Assembly (NCBI GenBank): GCA_020444175.1
Contig: JAHLLM010000032.1
Coordinates: forward strand, 186-64,185
Length of the DNA stretch: 64,000 nt
Source: Desulfobulbaceae bacterium
GTDB taxonomy: Bacteria > Desulfobacterota > Desulfobulbia > Desulfobulbales > SURF-16
Direction: 5' to 3'
Position numbers and translations under genes: made by a program. Below are positions 56,805 to 64,000 of the stretch, piece after piece. The first letter of the stretch is position 1, and each line of letters starts with the position of its first letter. The notes beneath the pieces are model-generated. The model saw only the letters and a program-made list of their open reading frames with translations. It made no database searches and was not told the origin of the DNA.

Positions 56805-58790
56805 TCAAGGTCTGCATACTGGAAGGCAGACAATAAAATTTGATCCCACCTCCGGCTCGCTCTCAACAATTATCGTCCCACCATGCTGCTCCAGAATACG
56901 ATGCGATATTGAGAGGCCAAGCCCTGTCCCATTGCCTTTTGTTGTATGAAATGGATTAAAAATCATTTCCATGGAGTCAGGATCAATACCGCTGCCGGTG
57001 TCCTGGACAGCTACTTTGAAATAGCCATTCATTGAACGGCACGAGGGACTCATGCACTCATTCCTGCTGCGGATAGTGCCTGACTCCTTATCCAGATAGC
57101 TGCGAATCGTCAGAACTCCATCCTTGCCCATGGAATCTATGGCATTCAAAACAATATTGAGAAAAACCTGCTGCAGCTGCCCGTCATCGCCTTGCACAAT
57201 AGGAGCATCCGACTCATAACTCTCAATCACCTTTATTTCTTTATCATCGATGCGGGGTGCTGAAAGGAAAAGAGCCTTTTTAACGATGGCAATCAAATCA
57301 ACCTCGGAAAACTGAGACTGGCCGGGCTTGGCAAATTGCAACAGGCTGTTAATGAAATTGTCGAGGCGCTTTACCTGACTCTGCACCTCATTAAATATAA
57401 GTTGATTTGTGTCGCCCTGGTCAAAATTGCGGGCCAGTATCTGCATGGCTCCGGAAATTCCAGCCAGCGGGTTTTTTATCTCATGGGCCATGCCGGCTGC
57501 CATCTCTCCAAGGGAAGCCAGCTTATCAACCCTGGCAAGATCCTGCTCAAGAACTTTTTTTGCCGTAATATCCCGGAAGATACAGCTTAATCCGGTAACA
57601 GTATCCGAACTGTCAGTAATGACGGAAAAACAGACCTCGGACGGAAAAAGATCGCCGCTCTTTTTCTTCATCGGCACCTCTGAAAGATGCCCCATTGTAT
57701 TATCCATTTCATCCGCAGCATCAAGAAAAAGGCATTTTTTCCCATCCATTGGTGAAAGAAAATCATCCAGAGGCTTTGACAGCATCTCTTCTCTTTTGTA
57801 GCCGAGTATTATCTCCGCAGCCTTATTGACATCAGTAATTTTCATGAATTGATCTACAGTTATCAAGCCACTGCGGAGATTCTGAATAATACTCTCATAA
57901 AAACTTTTCAGGTATTCAATCTCAGCCAGTTGCCGGGCAATCTTCCTGAGCATGCTTTTTTGCTTCAAAGCTCTGCCTATGGCCAAGGCAGAATGGCTGG
58001 CAATGGCAGAGGAAAGTCTGATTTCCTCATAACTCACTGGCTGGTTAGTAAATGCCTTGTCAGCAAGAACATACCCATAAAAATCGTTATTATCACAGAT
58101 TGGCAGGATGAGAAAAGAACTCACATCCCCCATGAGGAATTTAACCGTCTTATCATGGGCATCTAAATCCATCACCGAGAAATGACGAAAACGGGAATAC
58201 TTTTTAAGCTCTACATCTTCGGAAGCAAAATCAGGGACGCAGAGATTGACCCGCTGCCTTCTGTTCTGCCGGTTGCCACTTCCTCTGTAATCATCCCGAA
58301 GTATCCCGCAGGTGCGCGGTACTGTCTGGTCTGCCTCTGGCAAATCGGAAAAGCCGACAACATTGAGCGGTTCCTGTTCTGTGTACACTTTGCGCAACAA
58401 GCCGTTGACCTGTTGAAAATCAACACTGAAAGGACGCTTGCCAACCTCCTTGAAACCATAAAAAACCTGGGTTTCCAAATTCCTTCCCTGTTCGTCAAGC
58501 TTCAGGACCAAAACCCGTTCGAGCTCAGTACAACTGACAATATCCTCGACAAGATAATCCATCAATACCATTACTTCATCAGATCTGCCCATACGCCTTG
58601 CACTGCGGTAAAGCGAACGCAGATCAGTAACTGTTCTTTCCACGAGTCCTTCCCTCTTATCGTTAACTCTCAATAAACCAAGTAAATCCTGCAGCCATTC
58701 ATTCTTTCCTTCACAAAGAGACATTGCCTGTCTCTCATTTATGCGGCATGGATATATGGCAGCTTCACGACTTTTAGCAACCGCATTCAA
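56805..58790 (-). CDS. cytoplasmic sensor histidine kinase (GAF-like, PAS, HisKA, HATPase)
   Basis: AHEIKNPL H-box, QVFLNIVLNA, DTGSGI, IFNPFHTTK, GTGLGL; PAS VNKAAEIILGY; no obvious TM helix; start uncertain. Confidence 0.93.
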   Translation of the reverse strand: MNAVAKSREAAIYPCRINERQAMSLCEGKNEWLQDLLGLLRVNDKREGLVERTVTDLRSLYRSARRMGRSDEVMVLMDYLVEDIVSCTELERVLVLKLDEQGRNLETQVFYGFKEVGKRPFSVDFQQVNGLLRKVYTEQEPLNVVGFSDLPEADQTVPRTCGILRDDYRGSGNRQNRRQRVNLCVPDFASEDVELKKYSRFRHFSVMDLDAHDKTVKFLMGDVSSFLILPICDNNDFYGYVLADKAFTNQPVSYEEIRLSSAIASHSALAIGRALKQKSMLRKIARQLAEIEYLKSFYESIIQNLRSGLITVDQFMKITDVNKAAEIILGYKREEMLSKPLDDFLSPMDGKKCLFLDAADEMDNTMGHLSEVPMKKKSGDLFPSEVCFSVITDSSDTVTGLSCIFRDITAKKVLEQDLARVDKLASLGEMAAGMAHEIKNPLAGISGAMQILARNFDQGDTNQLIFNEVQSQVKRLDNFINSLLQFAKPGQSQFSEVDLIAIVKKALFLSAPRIDDKEIKVIESYESDAPIVQGDDGQLQQVFLNIVLNAIDSMGKDGVLTIRSYLDKESGTIRSRNECMSPSCRSMNGYFKVAVQDTGSGIDPDSMEMIFNPFHTTKGNGTGLGLSISHRILEQHGGTIIVESEPEVGSNFIVCLPVCRP

Positions 58791-58830
58791 AATCGTGTTT
58801 CAAAGACATGATGACGTGCTGAGAGTTAAC

Positions 58831-58846
58831 AGCAAGAAATGTACCT
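58831..58846 (-). promoter_or_regulatory. possible sigma54 promoter of the kinase/regulator pair
   Basis: AGGTACATTTCTTGCT = GG-N10-GC. Confidence 0.55.
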
Positions 58847-59192
58847 CACATTAAAACATATAAAATAAATGACACATTGCAGGACAAGAGAGGAAGGCAT
58901 CACCTCTGTTCAAGGCGAAGACAATGAAGTAAATTTTTTCCAGGAATACACCATATTCAACGACGGAAGGATTCAGACAAAATGGAACCGGGACAATTAC
59001 ACCGACATTGCCTATTTAATTATGGAAAGTGGAAAAAAATCAATTATGAACGCATGTCCCATGTTGCGATTTGCAGCAAGGGACTGATGATTTTTTTGAA
59101 CAACTTAAAAAAGCGGAGGTCACAAAAAGGGTGATTTGCCCCGGCCTGAAAAGCAGGGACAGAAAAAAAATGGGCCAAATGGCCCATAAAGT

Positions 59193-60410
59193 TCAGACAA
59201 ACTTTACTTTGCCGAATCTACGTTTACCAACTTTAAGAAGCACCTCTCCAGCTGCCTTAACATTGTAATTAACATCGTTAATTTTTTCACCGTCAACAGT
59301 AACAGCATTTTGCTTGATCATACGGCGTGCATCACCGGTACCATTGACGAGACCGGCATCAACAAGAAGCCGTGGGAGCCACATCGTCTCCTCTGCAATG
59401 GATATTTCTATTTCCGGCACATCTTCAGGAGTATCATGCTTTTTAAAAATCCTCTCAAAATTCTCTTCTGCGGCTTGAGCGGCATCGTCATCATAAAAAC
59501 GGGCCGTCAGTTCACGGGCAAGCCTCATTTTGACTTCTTTGGGATGAATGTCTCCATTCTCCATATCACGCTTCAGAGAAACTATTTCATCACTTGATAA
59601 ATCGCTGAGCAGTTCATAATAACGGAACATCAATTCGTCAGAGACGGAAAGCACCTTGCCATAGATATCGTCAGCCCTGTCAGTGATACCAATGTAATTA
59701 CCCAAGGATTTACTCATTTTATTAACCCCGTCAAGCCCTTCTAAAAGGGGCATGGTAACGACAACCTGGGGTTCCTGCCCCCATGTCCGCTGCAGGTCTC
59801 TCCCCATGAGCACATTAAAAAGCTGGTCAGTGCCCCCAAGCTCAACATCGGCCTTCATGGCCACGGAATCATATCCCTGAATGAGTGGATAAAGAAATTC
59901 ATGAATGCTGATTGGACGTTGATTTTCAAAGCGCTCCCGAAAGTCCTCCCTCTCAAGCATTCTGGCAACTGTTAATTGTGAAGCAAGTTGCACGAACTCA
60001 TGTGATGTCATATTGCCCAGCCAATCGCTGTTAAACATAATGGTGGTTCTTTCCGGGTCGAGAATCTTAAAAATCTGTTCTTTGTAGGTTTCGGCATTTC
60101 GGGCAACATCTTCAGGAGTAAGGGGCTTTCTTGTTTCAGATTTTCCGGTTGGGTCGCCGATCATGCCGGTAAAATCGCCGATCAGAAATAAAACATCATG
60201 CCCAAGGTCCTGGAAATGTTTCAACTTTTGAATAAGAACAGTATGACCGAGATGAAGATCAGGTGCCGTTGGATCGAACCCGGCCTTGACTCGTAAGGGC
60301 ACACCGGTTTCTTCGGATTTTTTCAGTTTTTTGACAAGATCGTCGCGAGAGATAACATCAACCGCTCCACGCTCAATAAGGGCAACCTGTTCTTCTATGG
60401 TGTATTTCAT
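59193..60410 (-). CDS. tyrS: tyrosine--tRNA ligase
   Basis: [29 protein letters not shown]-terminal S4 domain ending KVGKRRF. Confidence 0.97.
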   Translation of the reverse strand: MKYTIEEQVALIERGAVDVISRDDLVKKLKKSEETGVPLRVKAGFDPTAPDLHLGHTVLIQKLKHFQDLGHDVLFLIGDFTGMIGDPTGKSETRKPLTPEDVARNAETYKEQIFKILDPERTTIMFNSDWLGNMTSHEFVQLASQLTVARMLEREDFRERFENQRPISIHEFLYPLIQGYDSVAMKADVELGGTDQLFNVLMGRDLQRTWGQEPQVVVTMPLLEGLDGVNKMSKSLGNYIGITDRADDIYGKVLSVSDELMFRYYELLSDLSSDEIVSLKRDMENGDIHPKEVKMRLARELTARFYDDDAAQAAEENFERIFKKHDTPEDVPEIEISIAEETMWLPRLLVDAGLVNGTGDARRMIKQNAVTVDGEKINDVNYNVKAAGEVLLKVGKRRFGKVKFV

Positions 60411-60538
60411 TGGAATATTTAAAACCTGAATTTATTAAAGGATAAAAGTTAAAGAAGCTAGATGCTCCAGACAAGAACCCATCTCCAACTCTTTTACTTC
60501 TTTAACTCCTATTACTTCTCTAACTCCTGTTACTCCTG

Positions 60539-62113
60539 TTACTTCGCATATTCTACGGAGCGCATCTCCCGAATAACGGTTACGCGAATCTGTCCTGGAT
60601 ATGTCAGCTCTTTTTCTATTTTTTTGGCTATATCCTGACTCATGATTGCCGCTTCGCTGTCCGATACGTTTTCACTGTTAACAACAATACGGATCTCACG
60701 CCCGGCCTGGATGGCAAATGATTTTTCAACTCCCTTGAATGAATGAGCTATGTTTTCAAGATCCTCAAGTCGTTTAACGTAGGTCTCAAGCATCTCTTTA
60801 CGTGCCCCGGGTCGTGCTCCGGATAGAGCATCAGCAGACTGGACGAGGACATCAAGAATTCCCTCAGGGGGCACATCCTCGTGATGGGCGGCAATGGCGT
60901 GCACTATTGCAGGCGATTCGCCATATTTTGTAGCCAAATCAGCACCGATACTGGCATGTGAGCCTTCAACCTCGTGGTCAACCGCCTTCCCGATGTCATG
61001 AAGTAAACCGGCCCTCTTGGCCAGCTTTACATCAAGTCCGAGCTCAGCAGCCATAACACCACAAAGAAAGGCAACTTCAAGAGAGTGCTGCAAAACATTC
61101 TGCCCGTAGCTTGTACGATATTTCAAGCGACCAAGCAGCATAATCACTTCAAGGTGTACACCATGTGCACCAACATCAAAAGTGGCCTGCTCTCCAGCTT
61201 CACGCATTGTAACTTCAAGTTCTTTCTCAACTTTTTCAACAATTTCTTCAATACGGGCAGGATGGATACGACCATCAGCAATAAGTCTCTCAAGTGATTG
61301 TCGTGCAACTTCTCGCCGTACCGGGTTAAAGCCGGACAAGATAACGGCCTCGGGTGTGTCATCGATAATGACATCAATACCCGTTGCTGCCTCTATTGCA
61401 CGAATGTTACGCCCTTCACGACCGATTATGCGACCCTTCATCTCGTCGTTGGGTAACGAAACAACAGAAACCGTTTTTTCTGCCACATATTCACCGGCAT
61501 ATCGTGCAATAGCAAGGGCAAGAATATTTTTAGCCTTTCGGTCAGCCTGAATTTTCATCTCGTTCTCAATGCGAACGACTGACTTGGCAGCTTCCATCCG
61601 AGCTTCACTCTCGATACTCTCGGTCAGCAATTTCTTTGCTTCCTCCCGTGAAATACCGGATATTTTTTCCAGCTGTATACGCTGTTCCTCGACCAGGGAA
61701 TCGATTTTATGACGTCTTTCTCCAATCTTCTTTTCCTCAATTGCAAAAGTCTTTTCCTTACCGCGGAGATCAACTTCCCGTTTATCGAGTAAATCAATTT
61801 TGCGTTCAATCTGTTCAGCTTTTTGGGCAAGACGCTGCTCTTCACTAATAACACCGGACTTGAGTTGTTTAATCTCTGCCTCGGCTTCCTGCTTCAGTTT
61901 GAAGCCATCTTCTTTAGCCTGAAGCAAAGCTTCTTTTCTTATCTTTTCAGCCTCATCAAGGGCATTTGCAATGAGTTTTCTTCCCTGCTCTTCGATATTA
62001 TTCTGCCGATCTTCAATAAATTTTTTCCGAACTAAAAAACCAACATAGACTCCCACGGCAAGAGCCAGAAGAACACTTATTATTTGATATAGGGTCACGG
62101 AGATGAACCTCAC
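60539..62113 (-). CDS. rny: ribonuclease Y
   Basis: N-terminal TM helix, coiled coil, KH ([14 protein letters not shown]), HD (LLHDIGKA), [11 protein letters not shown]. Confidence 0.97.
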   Translation of the reverse strand: MRFISVTLYQIISVLLALAVGVYVGFLVRKKFIEDRQNNIEEQGRKLIANALDEAEKIRKEALLQAKEDGFKLKQEAEAEIKQLKSGVISEEQRLAQKAEQIERKIDLLDKREVDLRGKEKTFAIEEKKIGERRHKIDSLVEEQRIQLEKISGISREEAKKLLTESIESEARMEAAKSVVRIENEMKIQADRKAKNILALAIARYAGEYVAEKTVSVVSLPNDEMKGRIIGREGRNIRAIEAATGIDVIIDDTPEAVILSGFNPVRREVARQSLERLIADGRIHPARIEEIVEKVEKELEVTMREAGEQATFDVGAHGVHLEVIMLLGRLKYRTSYGQNVLQHSLEVAFLCGVMAAELGLDVKLAKRAGLLHDIGKAVDHEVEGSHASIGADLATKYGESPAIVHAIAAHHEDVPPEGILDVLVQSADALSGARPGARKEMLETYVKRLEDLENIAHSFKGVEKSFAIQAGREIRIVVNSENVSDSEAAIMSQDIAKKIEKELTYPGQIRVTVIREMRSVEYAK

Positions 62114-62520
62114 GATAAAATTAAAAAAAGAGTGAAACGGAGAGGTGACCCCAAGAGAAGGAAAAAAGATTGAAATTCAATAAAGGAGGAAATGTATACG
62201 CGGGATGGGCGGCACTACTAAAAAAAGTATACCCAAAAAAGCAGTCAGCTGGTGGCCCCAAAGGGATTTGCAGGATAATACACGTTATATAGAATCACAA
62301 ATCATCTTTTTGGATGTTAATTTTTTTATATAAACCTGAAATCCAGGGGTAACAAGGCTAAAGCGTAGTATCTTTCGTCCTTCAAAACATGAAAGAGGCA
62401 TCTTCCAACTCCCTCACCATATTCACGCATGAGGGGGCACATCCTGTTCACTACATATTTATTTATAAAAACTGCCTTTCCTTTAGTAACCCAGAGAAAA
62501 GGGCAGAGTATTAATAACAA

Positions 62521-62698
62521 ATCCCCCGCCAAAACCGTGTGAACAGCGACATCGAACCTAACTATGTAGGTGGGATAAGCTCTTATTCCACGCAAGTTCT
62601 TTCGCAAAAGCGAAACATCTTTTATGGAGCAGAGGAGACTCCCTCGATGCTCGTGTTGGCTCAATAATGCTGAACATCACCAATCAGGCAGGGGAACT
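62521..62698 (-). ncRNA. ssrS: 6S RNA
   Basis: ~180 nt between zapA and rny; complementary ends (TTCCCCTGCC / GGCGGGGGAT), internal TTGAGCC..GGGAG and CCCACC..GGTTCGA typical of 6S; ends approximate. Confidence 0.85.
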
Positions 62699-62720
62699 CT
62701 ATATATATAAATGAAAAAGC

Positions 62721-63008
62721 TTATGATTGATTTAAAGAATTATCAATCTTCGTTTTCATTAAGACTGCAGTCTCATCAACTTTAAGCTTGTACTTCTCAA
62801 AATCTCTTTTCAATTTAACATATTTTCCTGCCATATTTAAACTCGTTAATATGGCAAGCTTATTAGCAGGCAAAGTTGCTGATGACTTTGCATAACTTTC
62901 GATCTGATCTCTGACCAATGCCAGAATTTCTTGAACATCTTCTTCAGGTGCGTCAGTATAGAGAGGGTATTCCTGGCCGAGCACTTCAAATTTGACCAAC
63001 CGTTCCAA
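62721..63008 (-). CDS. zapA: cell division protein ZapA
   Basis: V.FEVLGQEY, KLAILTSLNMA, coiled coil; directly upstream of 6S RNA. Confidence 0.88.
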   Translation of the reverse strand: MERLVKFEVLGQEYPLYTDAPEEDVQEILALVRDQIESYAKSSATLPANKLAILTSLNMAGKYVKLKRDFEKYKLKVDETAVLMKTKIDNSLNQS

Positions 63009-63082
63009 AGCAGCACCTTTAAATACAAAATATCGGACAATAGTCGTTTAGTCAAATCAACAACAACGAACATACTCAATCT

Positions 63083-63205
63083 TGATGGATTCGCCTTTAT
63101 GCCCTCAAGAGTATAAAAGAGCCTGAAACAGTCAATCCGTCAGCTCAACAGCAGCAAGTCCAAATGCATGTCGGTGGCGGTTGACTGTTTTTTACGAAAC
63201 CGTCA
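63083..63205 (+). mobile_element. MITE family A, copy 6 (degenerate, 123 bp)
   Basis: TGATGGATTCGC...TTTTTACGAAACCGTCA; 4-bp duplication ATCT. Confidence 0.65.
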
Positions 63206-63255
63206 ATCTTAATTATTTGTTACCAAAATAAAGTCATAGAGGCAACTGTTTAAAT

Positions 63256-63582
63256 TTAAACATCCATGGAAAAAAGCTGTGAATCAGCATGAGTTGCCGT
63301 CTCAGATGTCTTTTCTTCCGGAGATTTTTTTTCTTCGGCAAGTTGGCTTTTTTCCCATTCATCTATTGACCCAAGTATACCGGAAACTCTTTCATAAACA
63401 TCCGACTTTTCTTCATTTAAAGAAGAAACTGATTCCTGAAGTTCTTTAATCTGCTCCTCTTTAGCCGCAAGTGTGAGCAAAAGATCTTCTTTTTCCTCTT
63501 TTAATTTGTTAAACCTGGAAAGCATATCCTCGACAACACTTGCAAGTTTTGTCAGATCATTATTTTGTTCCATACGTTGCAA
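63256..63582 (-). CDS. ZapB-like coiled-coil cell division protein
   Basis: Short all-helical heptad protein directly upstream of zapA. Confidence 0.7.
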   Translation of the reverse strand: MQRMEQNNDLTKLASVVEDMLSRFNKLKEEKEDLLLTLAAKEEQIKELQESVSSLNEEKSDVYERVSGILGSIDEWEKSQLAEEKKSPEEKTSETATHADSQLFSMDV

Positions 63583-63600
63583 CTCCTTATCTAAAATAGT

Positions 63601-63999
63601 TCATTCTTTATTATTTATAACTGTGTGAGGAGGGATATGCACGTCATCGGAGATAGATGCTCCGTTCAAAAAGGAGCCAGCTCCAATGAAGACATTATCA
63701 CCCACCTGACAATCATCAAGATAGGAAAATGGGAATATCCGACACCCTTCACCAATTTTTGTTTGCCCGCACAGGTGTACATTTGGTTCAATCACTGTAT
63801 CGCGTCCTATGCTTACGGAGTCCTGTACACTGATAGTTGCAGGTTGGAGCAAAGAGACACCAGAAGCCATCAATTGGCTATGAACCCGGGACTGAAGGCA
63901 GGAATGAGCCTGGGCCATTTCAATTCGTGAATTGACCCCAAGAACCTCATCTGCATTATCACATACGTACTTATTGACCTGCAAACCTGATGAATGAGC
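63601..63999 (-). CDS. glmU: GlmU-like protein, 3' part (short hexapeptide domain); 5' end outside window
   Basis: EVLGVNSR..M A...LM.SGV....P....V.IGRDTVIEPNV.L.G.T.IG..C.I linker and LbH start; frame open to the window edge. Confidence 0.75.
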   Translation of the reverse strand, partial: AHSSGLQVNKYVCDNADEVLGVNSRIEMAQAHSCLQSRVHSQLMASGVSLLQPATISVQDSVSIGRDTVIEPNVHLCGQTKIGEGCRIFPFSYLDDCQVGDNVFIGAGSFLNGASISDDVHIPPHTVINNKE

Positions 64000-64000
64000 A

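Noticed and set aside
62326-62664. 112-aa ORF between zapA and rny
   Set aside because: Overlaps the 6S RNA and has no protein features.
1-64000. tRNA-Sec (selC), selA/B/D, heme maturation genes, integrase or prophage
   Set aside because: None recognised in the window, so the Sec call depends on machinery encoded elsewhere and the island shows no direct sign of recent mobility.

Overview
A Desulfobacterota-like (probably Desulfobulbales; inferred from gene content, not verified) chromosomal window. Housekeeping genes at both ends (serine acetyltransferase and pyruvate:ferredoxin oxidoreductase; tyrS, rny, 6S RNA, zapA, zapB-like, short glmU) flank a ~54 kb extracellular electron-transfer island. 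The island encodes 13 multiheme c-type cytochromes (by my count 104 CxxCH plus 10 CX3-4CH motifs), including an OmcE-like tetraheme. It also carries a candidate export/assembly set (two NHL beta-propeller lipoproteins, a beta-barrel, three SurA/PpiC foldases), TPR-sulfotransferases, a GT41 glycosyltransferase, a glutaminyl cyclase and a sigma54 two-component system, and seven GG-N10-GC promoter matches were found. The main discovery is that the two largest cytochromes are each split in the ORF track at an in-frame TGA in the same motif, G-K-[YW]-(TGA)-P-P-S-x-R-Q-[LF]-A. Each TGA is followed by a SECIS-like hairpin whose AGUU loop starts 17 nt downstream. I read them as two paralogous, exported, selenocysteine-containing multiheme cytochromes of 1462 and 1203 aa, sharing a 93%-identical C-terminal PKD-like domain. 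A 103-bp MITE has also inserted in frame into two signal peptides. All family names come from motif recognition; no searches were run.
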